The notes beneath the pieces are model-generated. The model was not told the DNA's origin, ran no database searches, and saw only the letters and a program-made list of their open reading frames with translations. The position numbers and the translations under genes are program-made. Below are positions 55,527-64,000 of a stretch of DNA of 64,000 nt, in pieces; the stretch's first letter is position 1; every line of letters begins with the position of its first letter. Origin of the DNA: Paenibacillaceae bacterium ZCTH02-B3 (GTDB lineage Bacteria; Bacillota; Bacilli; Paenibacillales; Paenibacillaceae); assembly GCA_002159065.1 (NCBI GenBank), contig LZRV01000077.1:12476-76475 (forward strand). The letters are read 5' to 3'.

Positions 55527-58187
55527 TCAGGCCATTTGCCGTTTGGCCAGTTCGTAAAATGTCCCGCCGCGGTCCATCAGTTCCCGGAACGTCCCTTCTT
55601 CCACGACCCGGCCGTTTTCCAGCACGTAGATGCGGTCGGCGTTCATGATCGTGCTCAGCCGGTGGGCGATGACCACCCGCGTCGCTTTCAGCTGTTCGAT
55701 GCTGTCGCTGACCATCTTCTGCGTCCGGTTGTCCAGGGCGCTCGTGGCTTCGTCGAAGAACAGGATTTTCGGCTTGTGGACCAGGGCCCGGGCGATCAGA
55801 AGGCGCTGCCGCTGTCCGCCCGACAGCGTGCGGCCGCCGTCGTCGACCATGGTGAACATGCCCATCGGCATGTTGCGGATGTCCTCTTCCAGCCCGGCCA
55901 TCCGGGCCGCCTCCCAGGCGTCTTCCATCGTCAGGTTCGAAGAACCGATAATGTTGGTCAAAATGTCGCCGGCGAGCACCTGTCCTCCCTGTAGGACGAC
56001 GCCCAGCTGGCTTCTCACTTCCTGGATATCCAGGTCTTGCAGATTGTGATTGTCGTAGTAAACGGCTCCGGAGGTCGGGCGTTCAAATCCGAGAAGCAGG
56101 CGGAGCAGCGTCGACTTGCCGCTTCCCGACGGTCCCGCGATGGCGACGAATTCCCCGGGGTTGACCCGGATGGACACATCCTTGAGCACAAATTCCCCGT
56201 CTTCATCGTAACGGAAATCGACGTGGCTCACCTCGATGGCGCCCGTGAGCTCCCCGGGATCTTCCTTCTCCTCGCCGATCTCCGGCTCCGTCTCCAGAAT
56301 CGGCTTGGCCCGTTCATACAACGGAATGATGTTGAGCGCCATGATGAGGGACGTCCCCATGGCCATCATCGACATGATGAATCCGGAAAACGCGCTGTGA
56401 AAAGCGAGAAACGCCCCGGCGGGCATCGCCGGCGCGAACCCGATCACCCCGAAAAACAGCAGCATCGTCGTAACCGTGGGATAGACCGCATGGAACACGG
56501 AGGACCAAATGCGGATGAGCCCCGTGCGGAAGCCCGTTTTCCGGACTTCCCCGAAATGGTCCGACCACATGCCGAAGGCTCTTTTTTCCGCGCCGGCCAT
56601 GCGAAACTTGGAGACGCCGCCCACGATCTGGAACACGATTCCGGTCAGCTTGCCGTTGAGTTCCGCCAGCACCCGTTCCTTGCGGACCATGACAAAACCG
56701 ATGAGCGCCACCACCCCGATGCCGACGGCCACCAGGACGGTGGCCATCCAGGCCAGCCGGGCGCTGTAATAGAACAGCAGAAAAAACTGGGTGGATGAAA
56801 ACAGGGCGTTGAAGACGGTGTTCAGCGTCGTCCCCGACAGCGCCTGCCGGATTGCGGCGATGCTGCCCGCGCGAAGGGCCAGATCCCCCGAACTGTATTT
56901 CCGGAAAAACGGCACCGGCAGATTGAGCACCCGGTCCCAGACCGCGGCCTGAATGCCGGAGTCGAGCCGCGCTTCCATGCGCAGCATGGCGATGGAGCGC
57001 GTAATCTGGAACGTAAGCGACGCCACGGCAATGGCGGTGAGGATCAGCACGAAATCGAACATCCGGCCGCGTTCCGCGCCCGGAATGATGCGGTCCACCA
57101 GTTCTCCCGTCCCCATGGGAATGGCGAGGGACAGAAGACCGCCGATGATGCCGAAGGCGGTCATCACAAAGACGTCCTTCCGGAGCCGGGGCGTCTGCGA
57201 GCTGAACCGCATCAGATCCCAGAGGGTGAGCCGGCGCGGGGGAAACGGCCGGTACAACATGTAGGCCCGCCGGTCCAACTGCCGGTCGATTTCCCGGGTC
57301 ACCCGCCGGACGTTCCCGTCGACCAGATCGTGCATCTCGTAGTGTTTGTCTCTTTTGACAATAAGGGCAACCGGACGCCGATCCTCCTTGCGGAAGGCCA
57401 GCAGGTGTCCGTTGTCCTGCTTCCACCACTCGCCTTCCAGCTGGACTTGCCGCATCCGGATTTTGGACGCCTTGACGATCTGTTTCAGCCGCGCCGCGGG
57501 ATCCTCATCGGACGATTTCCTCAGCGGCGCGGTGACGGGAATATGGCTTTTTTGTCCGATGAGCCGGCACGTGCGGAACAGGACATCGCGATCCAGCACC
57601 GTCACCTTGGGAGCCTGGTCCTTCCCGAACCGGATGGTGTCCGTCAGGTTTTTCACGGACAGCTCCATCCGTTTCCGGTCGATGACCGTCAGCCGCCGCA
57701 GGCGTTCGGCTTCCCGCGCGGACGACGCCGCCAGGAACCGCCGCACCGCCTCCAGAAAGGCTTCCCGGTCGAAGGATTCCGGCTTGGGAACATCGGTGCC
57801 GGCGAGCTGCATCCATCTGAGCAGCCGGTCTTCCCACTCCCGGACCAGACGCGCAAATCCCGGAATCGAGGAACGCTCGTCCGCCGGCGCGTCGATCCGG
57901 ATCAGTTCCGTGTCCGCAACCCCGGTCATCACCAACCGGAAGGGAAATTCGCGTTCCCTGTCCGGGTCGATGCCGAGGCCGGCGATGAGCTGGCCTTCCC
58001 GCACGGATAAGAGATATTCCCGTCTCCCCCGCGCTTCCGGATCCGTTCCCGCCACCGCAAACAGGTTCACCTCGCCGGTCCGCACATACCACGCGGACCG
58101 GTCCCGTCCCCAGTCAACGGTCCGGTTTCCCGTGAGCGGCATGATTTCGCCGAGTTTTTCCAGTTCCAACGCGAGACTGTCCGACAT
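55527..58187 (-). CDS. ABC exporter (permease + ATPase) with ~330-aa N-terminal extension and no C39 peptidase; NHLM-type second transporter
   Basis: Six TM segments, Walker A GPSGSGKST, signature LSGGQRQR. The N-terminal region has a beta-barrel-like pattern (cNMP-binding-like) and lacks the QxxxxxCG peptidase motif. Confidence 0.85.
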   Translation of the reverse strand: MSDSLALELEKLGEIMPLTGNRTVDWGRDRSAWYVRTGEVNLFAVAGTDPEARGRREYLLSVREGQLIAGLGIDPDREREFPFRLVMTGVADTELIRIDAPADERSSIPGFARLVREWEDRLLRWMQLAGTDVPKPESFDREAFLEAVRRFLAASSAREAERLRRLTVIDRKRMELSVKNLTDTIRFGKDQAPKVTVLDRDVLFRTCRLIGQKSHIPVTAPLRKSSDEDPAARLKQIVKASKIRMRQVQLEGEWWKQDNGHLLAFRKEDRRPVALIVKRDKHYEMHDLVDGNVRRVTREIDRQLDRRAYMLYRPFPPRRLTLWDLMRFSSQTPRLRKDVFVMTAFGIIGGLLSLAIPMGTGELVDRIIPGAERGRMFDFVLILTAIAVASLTFQITRSIAMLRMEARLDSGIQAAVWDRVLNLPVPFFRKYSSGDLALRAGSIAAIRQALSGTTLNTVFNALFSSTQFFLLFYYSARLAWMATVLVAVGIGVVALIGFVMVRKERVLAELNGKLTGIVFQIVGGVSKFRMAGAEKRAFGMWSDHFGEVRKTGFRTGLIRIWSSVFHAVYPTVTTMLLFFGVIGFAPAMPAGAFLAFHSAFSGFIMSMMAMGTSLIMALNIIPLYERAKPILETEPEIGEEKEDPGELTGAIEVSHVDFRYDEDGEFVLKDVSIRVNPGEFVAIAGPSGSGKSTLLRLLLGFERPTSGAVYYDNHNLQDLDIQEVRSQLGVVLQGGQVLAGDILTNIIGSSNLTMEDAWEAARMAGLEEDIRNMPMGMFTMVDDGGRTLSGGQRQRLLIARALVHKPKILFFDEATSALDNRTQKMVSDSIEQLKATRVVIAHRLSTIMNADRIYVLENGRVVEEGTFRELMDRGGTFYELAKRQMA

Positions 58188-58210
58188 CTGCCGTTCCCCT
58201 TCCCGGAGCG

Positions 58211-60367
58211 TCAGGCTTCCCGTATCAGCCTGGCATAGGGGCCATCCACGCCCGCCAGCTGTTCATGCGTTCCCCGCTGGACGATCTTCCCCCGGTCCAT
58301 CACGATGATCTCGTCGCAGTCGCGAATCGTGCTGAGCCGATGAGCGATGATCAGGCACGTGCAGCCCCTCCTGCGGAGGTTGCGGTCGATCGCGAGTTCC
58401 GTCGTGGGATCAAGGGCGCTCGTCGCTTCGTCCAGGACCAGAATCGACGGATTGTTGACGAGCGCCCGGGCGATCTCCAGGCGCTGCTTCTGGCCGCCGC
58501 TGAAGTTTCGCGCCCCCTCCTCGATGATATGGTCGTAACCGCCCGGCTTTTTGACGATGTCGTCGTGGATGCAGGCGTCCTTGGCCGCGCGGACGATGTC
58601 CGTTTCGGGCACCGTCGGATCCCACAGCGTCAGATTGTCCCGGATGGTGCCCTCGAACATGTGGATGTCCTGGTCCACGACGGCGACGGAATTCGTCAGC
58701 ACGTAACGGTCCCAATCCCGGCGGGGCTTTCCGTCGAACAGGATTTCCCCGCTCCAGGGCTGATAGAGACCGGTCACCAGTTTCGCCACCGTAGACTTGC
58801 CGCTGCCGGAGCCGCCGACGAGCGCCACCCTGGACCCGGGTTCGAGCACCAGGTTGAAATTCTCGATCAGCGGCGGTTCCAGGCGGCTGTATCCGAAGGT
58901 CACGTCGCGCAATTCCACCTTGCCCGTCAGCTTGCTTACCGGATGATCGGCCTGAAACTCCGCTTCCCGCTCCCTTTGCGTTTCGGGATCCAGTCTGTAC
59001 CGGAGCACGTCGTTCAGCCGGTTCAGATCCCCTTTCACTTCGTCCAGCTGGCTGCCGAGCTGGATCAGGCCGTTCACGGGGGCCATGAAGCTTTGCATCA
59101 GGGATTGAAACGCCACCACCATCCCGATCGTCATCTCGCCCGACATGACCAGCCAGCCGCCGATCCCCAGGATGGCGATTTGGCTGAGAAACGTCAGGAA
59201 AGGCGGAACGGCGTTCACCGCCTGTGTCTGCAGCCCGAGCTTTTGCTGCGTGTTCGTCAGCTTCGCATACAGCCCGGCCCACTTGTTGAAGAAGTCCCCT
59301 TCCCGGCCGCCGGCTTTCAGCGTTTCGATCATCCGCAGTCCGGCCATGGTCGTGCCCGCGATTTTCCCCTGTTCCTGGAGGAGCTTCATGTTTTCGTCCA
59401 CGCGGATTCGCGACACGCGCCTGAGATAAAGGAAATTCAAAATGGCGAAAAACACGGCGACCAGCGTCAAGAGAACGCTGTATCGCACCATGATCACCGT
59501 ATAGAAAACGACCGACAGGCAGTTCAGGAAGTTGGTGGAAAGCTGGCCCGACAGCAGCATCGCCACCCGGTCGTTCGAACCGATCCGCTGCGTGATGTCG
59601 CCGCTGTGCCGCTGGGTGAAAAACTCCATGGGCAGGCGAAGCACGTGCCAGAAATACTTGCCCGCCATGCTGATGGACAGCGCCGTTTCCAGTCTCAGCA
59701 GGTAATATTGCTGCAGCCATGTGAAGGCGCCATGGAGCAACGCCGCCGACGCCATGCCGACGAGCAGGGGGAGGAGCCAGTGATGCAGGCCGGCCAGCAG
59801 GATGTCGTCCACGAAAAGCTGGACAAACATGGGAATGACCAGACCCGGCACGACCAGCAGGAGGCTGACGAGCACGACGTACAAGAGCGCCGCTTTCATC
59901 GGCGCGATCCGGGCGTACAGCAGGGAGAGAAAATTCGCTTTTCGCTTTTCCTTCTTGAAATGCTCGCCGGGCTCAAAGACGAGCACAATTCCCGTGAAGC
60001 TGCGGTCGAATTCCTCTTCGGTCACGGTTCGCCGGCCGGTGGCGGGATCGTTCAGGTAAAACTTCTTGTTGCGGAAGCCTTCCAGCACGACAAAATGGTT
60101 GAAATTCCAGTGGATGATCACCGGCATTTTCATCTGTTTGAGCTCTTCCGGCTCTTTCCGGTAGCCTTTGGCAACCAGGCCGTATTCCCGCGCCGCCTTC
60201 ACGATGTTGCTCGCCTTGCTGCCGTCGCGCGACACGCCGCAGGCGACCCGCAGCTCTTCCAAAGGGATGTGCTTGCCGTGGTAACCCAAAATAATGCCCA
60301 AAGCGGCGGCCCCGCACTCCACCGCTTCCATTTGGATGACCGTGGGAGTTTTCACGCGATTGCCCAT
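58211..60367 (-). CDS. Bacteriocin/lanthipeptide ABC exporter with N-terminal C39 double-glycine peptidase domain
   Basis: From ATG 60367 the sequence reads MGNRVKTPTVIQMEAVECGAAALGIILGYHGKHIPLEELR (catalytic Cys). Walker A GGSGSGKST, signature FSGGQKQR. Confidence 0.9.
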   Translation of the reverse strand: MGNRVKTPTVIQMEAVECGAAALGIILGYHGKHIPLEELRVACGVSRDGSKASNIVKAAREYGLVAKGYRKEPEELKQMKMPVIIHWNFNHFVVLEGFRNKKFYLNDPATGRRTVTEEEFDRSFTGIVLVFEPGEHFKKEKRKANFLSLLYARIAPMKAALLYVVLVSLLLVVPGLVIPMFVQLFVDDILLAGLHHWLLPLLVGMASAALLHGAFTWLQQYYLLRLETALSISMAGKYFWHVLRLPMEFFTQRHSGDITQRIGSNDRVAMLLSGQLSTNFLNCLSVVFYTVIMVRYSVLLTLVAVFFAILNFLYLRRVSRIRVDENMKLLQEQGKIAGTTMAGLRMIETLKAGGREGDFFNKWAGLYAKLTNTQQKLGLQTQAVNAVPPFLTFLSQIAILGIGGWLVMSGEMTIGMVVAFQSLMQSFMAPVNGLIQLGSQLDEVKGDLNRLNDVLRYRLDPETQREREAEFQADHPVSKLTGKVELRDVTFGYSRLEPPLIENFNLVLEPGSRVALVGGSGSGKSTVAKLVTGLYQPWSGEILFDGKPRRDWDRYVLTNSVAVVDQDIHMFEGTIRDNLTLWDPTVPETDIVRAAKDACIHDDIVKKPGGYDHIIEEGARNFSGGQKQRLEIARALVNNPSILVLDEATSALDPTTELAIDRNLRRRGCTCLIIAHRLSTIRDCDEIIVMDRGKIVQRGTHEQLAGVDGPYARLIREA

Positions 60368-60384
60368 TGCGGAACGCACCCGCC

Positions 60385-61344
60385 TCATTTGAGCTGAGGG
60401 AAGATCTTCGCCAGGGGCGGCGAATCTTCCACCGTGATGATGCCGTTCACCAGCGTCCCGCTTTGGATGGGAACGGGCGGGCCATCCGAGCTGGACCATT
60501 TATAGCCGCTTTCCGTGCCGGCGTCCGGAATCAGATGAACCCTCACTTCGATGGGAGCGCCCGCCCCGGCCAGCGTTCTCGCCAGATCTTCGTTGCCGAG
60601 CACGTTGACCATTCCCTGGAAGGTCGAAGGAAACTCGTTGACGCGGGTGACCCGTCCGAGCAGATATCCGTAGGTTTCTTTCGAAATGGAAGCCGCCTCG
60701 AGCTTCACTTCCATCCCGGGATGGATCCGCTTTCCGTCGCCGGGCGACACGTACAGGACGGCCTCGAGGGTGTTCAGCTGCTCTCCCGCCTGCTCGATGG
60801 TGGCCACCTGGGCCCCCCTGGGGATATATTCGCCGCGCCGCACTTTCACCTCGACGACTTTGCCCGAGTACGGGCTGACGATTCTGGTCGCGAGATTCAG
60901 CTGGTCCCTCAGGGCGTCCAGTTTCTCGCGCAACTCCCGCACCAGGGGCTGGTCGTCCCCGGCTCCGGCGGCGAGCAGGCTGCGGAGCTGGGCTTCGGTA
61001 AACTGGATCTCGCTCAGGATTTCCGGTTGCTGGAGCCGCGCGACCACTTCGCCCTTTTCGATGAAATCGCCGGTCCCGACCCGGATGTCCGACACCTGTC
61101 CGCTTTCGGTGGTCACGATGGTCTGGATCCCGCCCGAACTGATCAGGATGCCCTGGCCGTACACGTTCACCGGCAGACTTCCGGCGAATCCCCAGACGAC
61201 AATGGCCCCGAGCAGGGCAACGACGCCGGCGAGGGCGATCCACGACCGCCAGGAAATGACCGTAAGCAGCCGGTCGAGCTGCTCCGGCGATTCCAGAGAT
61301 TCAAGAGACGCTTTGCGAAAAAGCTGCTGATTCCTCATCGCCAT
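60385..61344 (-). CDS. HlyD-family secretion adaptor (NHLM bacteriocin secretion protein type)
   Basis: The start is taken at ATG 61344. Contains MAMRNQQLFRKASLESLESPEQLD, a single TM helix WIALAGVVALLGAIVVWGF, and coiled-coil plus barrel-sandwich regions. Confidence 0.85.
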   Translation of the reverse strand: MAMRNQQLFRKASLESLESPEQLDRLLTVISWRSWIALAGVVALLGAIVVWGFAGSLPVNVYGQGILISSGGIQTIVTTESGQVSDIRVGTGDFIEKGEVVARLQQPEILSEIQFTEAQLRSLLAAGAGDDQPLVRELREKLDALRDQLNLATRIVSPYSGKVVEVKVRRGEYIPRGAQVATIEQAGEQLNTLEAVLYVSPGDGKRIHPGMEVKLEAASISKETYGYLLGRVTRVNEFPSTFQGMVNVLGNEDLARTLAGAGAPIEVRVHLIPDAGTESGYKWSSSDGPPVPIQSGTLVNGIITVEDSPPLAKIFPQLK

Positions 61345-61574
61345 CGTCAGGATCTCCCTCCGCCCATTCAGGCCGCTCCCCGCCCCGGCGCACGCGGAGC
61401 CGCCGGACAACGCTTGCAACCTCGCCGTATCGATTTTTCCGGTTTATTTCCGAAATTCGTCGTTTTCCAGCGCTTTTTGCGGAAACCCTTTTATTTGTTC
61501 CACAATCGTCCCGCTTTTTCCTTCCGGGTTGTCCCGACATCTTGTCGTTTCATGCCGGACGCGTCGCCATTTCA

Positions 61575-61618
61575 TTCTTAGCACTCCAACCTAAAGTTCA
61601 ACTAAAATTTACATTAAA
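61575..61618 (-). promoter_or_regulatory. Phased-repeat promoter for the export-lanM operon
   Basis: On the minus strand: TTTAATGtaaaTTTTAGTtgaaCTTTAGG, 9 nt (ttggagTGc), then TAAGAA (61580-61575). It lies about 230 nt upstream of the HlyD start. Confidence 0.5.
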
Positions 61619-61765
61619 TTTTTTTTACCGGCGCCGCGGCCCGCAATATTCCGTTCATCCGGCGGACCGGACGCGGATCTCATGCAAAGACCCGGCTTTC
61701 GGATGCGCACCCTGACTTGAGGAGTGGCACCCGAAGCCGGGCCCGTCTGAAGACTCCCGAGCCGA

Positions 61766-62128
61766 TCATTTAAAAACACAAGAGAAGTGTGAATCGCCCG
61801 CCGCCTCCGCGACCGCCCCGATTGCCGAAAGTGCGCATAAAACGCCGGTCGCGGGTATGAACGAAAAAATGAGCCACCAATCTCCGCCGGCGACCGCCTC
61901 CAATTGCGCGTCGTCCAGTTCCCCCGCCGCCCGATACTGGGCGACGATCTCCCGTTGGTACCGTTCCAGATCTTCCGTGCTGAAAGGAAGACCCGCTTCC
62001 TCCCCGAGCCGGACCAGGACGCCCTTCATGTTTTCCCGGCTTTCCTGGCCAAGGCGGGCGATCTTTTCCCGCAACGCTTCATCCTCCCGAACCTTTTGCA
62101 AAAAAAGCCTGACATTTTCCATCGACAT
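61766..62128 (-). CDS. Nif11-type leader peptide precursor 4
   Basis: RBS GGAGTG. Leader MSMENVRLFLQKVREDEALREKIARL...DAQLEAVAGG, core DWWLIFSFIPATGVLCALSAIGAVAEAAGDSHFSCVFK. Confidence 0.85.
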   Translation of the reverse strand: MSMENVRLFLQKVREDEALREKIARLGQESRENMKGVLVRLGEEAGLPFSTEDLERYQREIVAQYRAAGELDDAQLEAVAGGDWWLIFSFIPATGVLCALSAIGAVAEAAGDSHFSCVFK

Positions 62129-62238
62129 CTTGATTCACTCCGCTTCTTTATTTCTGTCCATAAAAAAATATCTTCTTAAACGTGAATACAGTTAAAATCC
62201 GTCCAAAAAAACCGGATGGCAAAACGAACGCGTCGGCG

Positions 62239-62574
62239 TCATCCCTTGAAGGGGGCAAAACCCAACCGGACCGCCGCCTGAAGGATGTACGAATGGCCGT
62301 CGATTTCGTCCTGCGAGATGGAACCCGTTCCGCCGGCCACCAGATCCAGCTGCTCGTCGTCCAGCTCCCCGTTTCTGTTGAAGTTGGCGAAGAGTTCCTC
62401 CTGGAACCGCAAAAAATCATCCGCGCGGAAAGGCAGCCCCGCTTCCTCGCCCAGCCTGGTCAGGCCAACCAGCATATTTTCCCAGCTGTCGGCTTCCATG
62501 CCGGAGATCCTCTTTTGCAGCTGTTCATCGTTGTTGACCTTTTTCAGAAACATCTTCACGTTTTCGACGGACAT
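62239..62574 (-). CDS. Nif11-type leader peptide precursor 5 (core without cysteine)
   Basis: GGAGGG lies 7 nt before ATG 62574 (Met6 of the track ORF). Leader MSVENVKMFLKKVNNDEQLQKRI...DEQLDLVAGG, core TGSISQDEIDGHSYILQAAVRLGFAPFKG. Confidence 0.8.
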   Translation of the reverse strand: MSVENVKMFLKKVNNDEQLQKRISGMEADSWENMLVGLTRLGEEAGLPFRADDFLRFQEELFANFNRNGELDDEQLDLVAGGTGSISQDEIDGHSYILQAAVRLGFAPFKG

Positions 62575-62616
62575 CTTGATTCCCTCCATCGCGGAATTTC
62601 CTGATCGGCTGACTCT

Positions 62617-62671
62617 ACAATAACACGCTATGTTAAAGAACAGTTAAAATTTTTATAAAAACTCATTTAAA
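62617..62671 (-). promoter_or_regulatory. Phased-repeat promoter in front of precursor 5 (and probably 4)
   Basis: On the minus strand: TTTAAATgagtTTTTATAaaaaTTTTAACtgttCTTTAAC, 9 nt (atagcgTGt), then TATTGT (62622-62617). Confidence 0.6.
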
Positions 62672-62719
62672 ATCGGTCCGATCGGAAATCCGCGGGAGCA
62701 GGCGGAAGATCGACGGAAC

Positions 62720-62753
62720 GAAAAAAGCGGAACTCCCTTGCGGGAATTCCGCT
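62720..62753 (-). terminator. Rho-independent terminator of groEL
   Basis: Stem AGCGGAACTCCC-ttgc-GGGAATTCCGCT with one mismatch. On the minus strand it is followed by TTTTTTCG. Confidence 0.75.
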
Positions 62754-62779
62754 TCCGATTTTATTGCCGGCGTTTCGGC

Positions 62780-64000
62780 TTACATGTCCATGTCGCCCAT
62801 GCCCGGACGGCCGCCTTTTTCCTTCTCCGGCTTGTCGGCCACGATGGCTTCCGTCGTCAGGAACAGCGACGCCACGGAGGCCGCGTTTTGCAGGGCGGTG
62901 CGGGTCACCTTGACCGGGTCGATGATGCCCGCGTCGTACATGTTGACCCATTCGCCGGTGGCGGCGTTGAAACCGACCCCCAGCGGTTCCTTCTTCAGGT
63001 GTTCGACGATGACGGAACCTTCTTCGCCGGCGTTGGCCGCGATGGTGCGCACCGGTTCTTCCAGCGCGCGCAGCACGATGTTGACGCCGGTCTTTTCGTC
63101 GCCTTCGGCCTGCACCGCGGCCACGGCTTTGAGCACGTTGATGTACGCCGTGCCGCCGCCGGACACGATGCCTTCTTCCACGGCCGCCTTGGTGGCGTTC
63201 AGGGCGTCCTCGATGCGCAGTTTGCGCTCCTTGAGCTCGGTTTCCGTCGCCGCGCCGACCTTGATGACCGCCACGCCGCCCGACAGTTTGGCCAGGCGTT
63301 CCTGCAGTTTTTCGCGGTCAAAGTCGGAGGTCGTTTCCTCAATTTGCGCCTTGATTTGCTTGATGCGGGCTTCGATGTCTTCCTTGCGGCCATGGCCGTC
63401 GACAATGATGGTGTTTTCCTTGCTCACACGGACCTGGCGGGCACGTCCGAGCTGATCCAGACGAGTCGTTTTCAGCTCGAGGCCGAGTTCTTCCGTGATC
63501 ACCTGGCCGCCGGTCAGCGTGGCGATGTCGCCCAGCATGGCCTTGCGGCGGTCGCCGAAGCCGGGCGCCTTCACGGCCACGCAATTCAGGACGCCGCGCA
63601 GCTTGTTGAGCACCAGCGTGGGCAGGGCTTCGCCTTCCACGTCCTCGGCGACGATGAGCAGCGGCTTGCCCGTTTGCACGACTTGTTCCATGATGGGCAG
63701 GATGTCCTGGACGTTGGACAGTTTCTTGTCCGTGATCAGGATGTACGGATCGTCCAGGATGGCTTCCATCTTGTCGGTGTCCGTCACCATGTAGTGGGAG
63801 ATGTAGCCGCGGTCGAACTGCATCCCTTCCACGACTTCAAGCTCGGTCTGGAAGCCCTTCGACTCTTCCACGGTGATGACGCCGTCGTTGCCGACTTTCT
63901 CCATGGCGTCGGCGATGAGGGTGCCCACCGATTCGTCCGACGCGGAGATGGCGGCCACCTGGGCGATGTTGTTGCGGCCTTCGACGGGCTTGGCGATCTT
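62780..64000 (-). CDS. groEL: Chaperonin GroEL, C-terminal ~405 aa (gene continues past the right edge)
   Basis: Contains [43 protein letters not shown] and the tail [11 protein letters not shown]. The reading frame stays open to position 64000. Confidence 0.95.
   Translation of the reverse strand, partial: KIAKPVEGRNNIAQVAAISASDESVGTLIADAMEKVGNDGVITVEESKGFQTELEVVEGMQFDRGYISHYMVTDTDKMEAILDDPYILITDKKLSNVQDILPIMEQVVQTGKPLLIVAEDVEGEALPTLVLNKLRGVLNCVAVKAPGFGDRRKAMLGDIATLTGGQVITEELGLELKTTRLDQLGRARQVRVSKENTIIVDGHGRKEDIEARIKQIKAQIEETTSDFDREKLQERLAKLSGGVAVIKVGAATETELKERKLRIEDALNATKAAVEEGIVSGGGTAYINVLKAVAAVQAEGDEKTGVNIVLRALEEPVRTIAANAGEEGSVIVEHLKKEPLGVGFNAATGEWVNMYDAGIIDPVKVTRTALQNAASVASLFLTTEAIVADKPEKEKGGRPGMGDMDM

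Noticed and set aside
61301-61540. 79-aa minus-strand ORF in the leader of the export operon, considered as an extra precursor or regulatory peptide
   Set aside because: It has no RBS, a Arg/Gly/Lys-rich composition, no GG motif and no similarity to the seven precursors. It also overlaps the HlyD start out of frame.

Overview
GC-rich, densely coding chromosomal segment. The gene content (SLH surface protein, YesM/YesN-type sugar sensors, mntABCD-like importer, deo/pdp nucleoside genes, GroEL) suggests a Paenibacillaceae-like Firmicute; this is inference only. I recognised no rRNA, tRNA, CRISPR array, transposase or integrase. The high GC content fills the ORF track with long antisense and out-of-frame ORFs. 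I kept only frames with recognisable family motifs, ribosome-binding sites and operon logic. Layout: 0-8.6 kb holds a membrane protein (partial), DoxX, two chemoreceptors, an SLH protein, transaldolase and a lipoprotein. 8.6-16.9 kb holds a heptad-repeat coiled-coil protein, a beta-propeller lipoprotein, DUF2461, two gene remnants, a WYL regulator plus GyrI-like protein, a tiny 2x CxxCxGSG protein behind an AT-rich island, a thioesterase and a GT4 glycosyltransferase. 17-20.6 kb is an mntABCD-like operon. 20.9-27.7 kb holds a MATE exporter, deoC-cdd and pdp-deoB-punA. 27.77-28.01 kb is a gene-free spacer with four 17-bp palindromes. 28.1-41 kb is a sugar locus in which three binding proteins serve a chemoreceptor, an ABC importer and a two-component system. 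41-43.1 kb holds a GGDEF protein and a rhodanese. The main finding lies at 43.1-62.6 kb: a class II (LanM) lanthipeptide locus of the ProcM/Nif11 type. It has one LanM carrying a Cys-Cys-Gly zinc-ligand motif, five Nif11-leader precursors with unrelated hydrophobic cores, and two short-leader double-glycine peptides with four-Cys cores. It also has the HlyD plus two-ABC export triad and several non-canonical embedded genes: two orphan lipoprotein binding proteins, a DAACS symporter, and an uncharacterised HExxH protein coupled to LanM. An orphan OmpR-type regulator in the locus has Glu in place of its phospho-acceptor Asp. A shared promoter architecture occurs four times in the locus: 7-bp TTTAAAC-like direct repeats at exact 11-bp phasing, then a 9-nt spacer ending TGn, then a -10 hexamer. 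All family calls come from motif recognition by eye; no database search was run.
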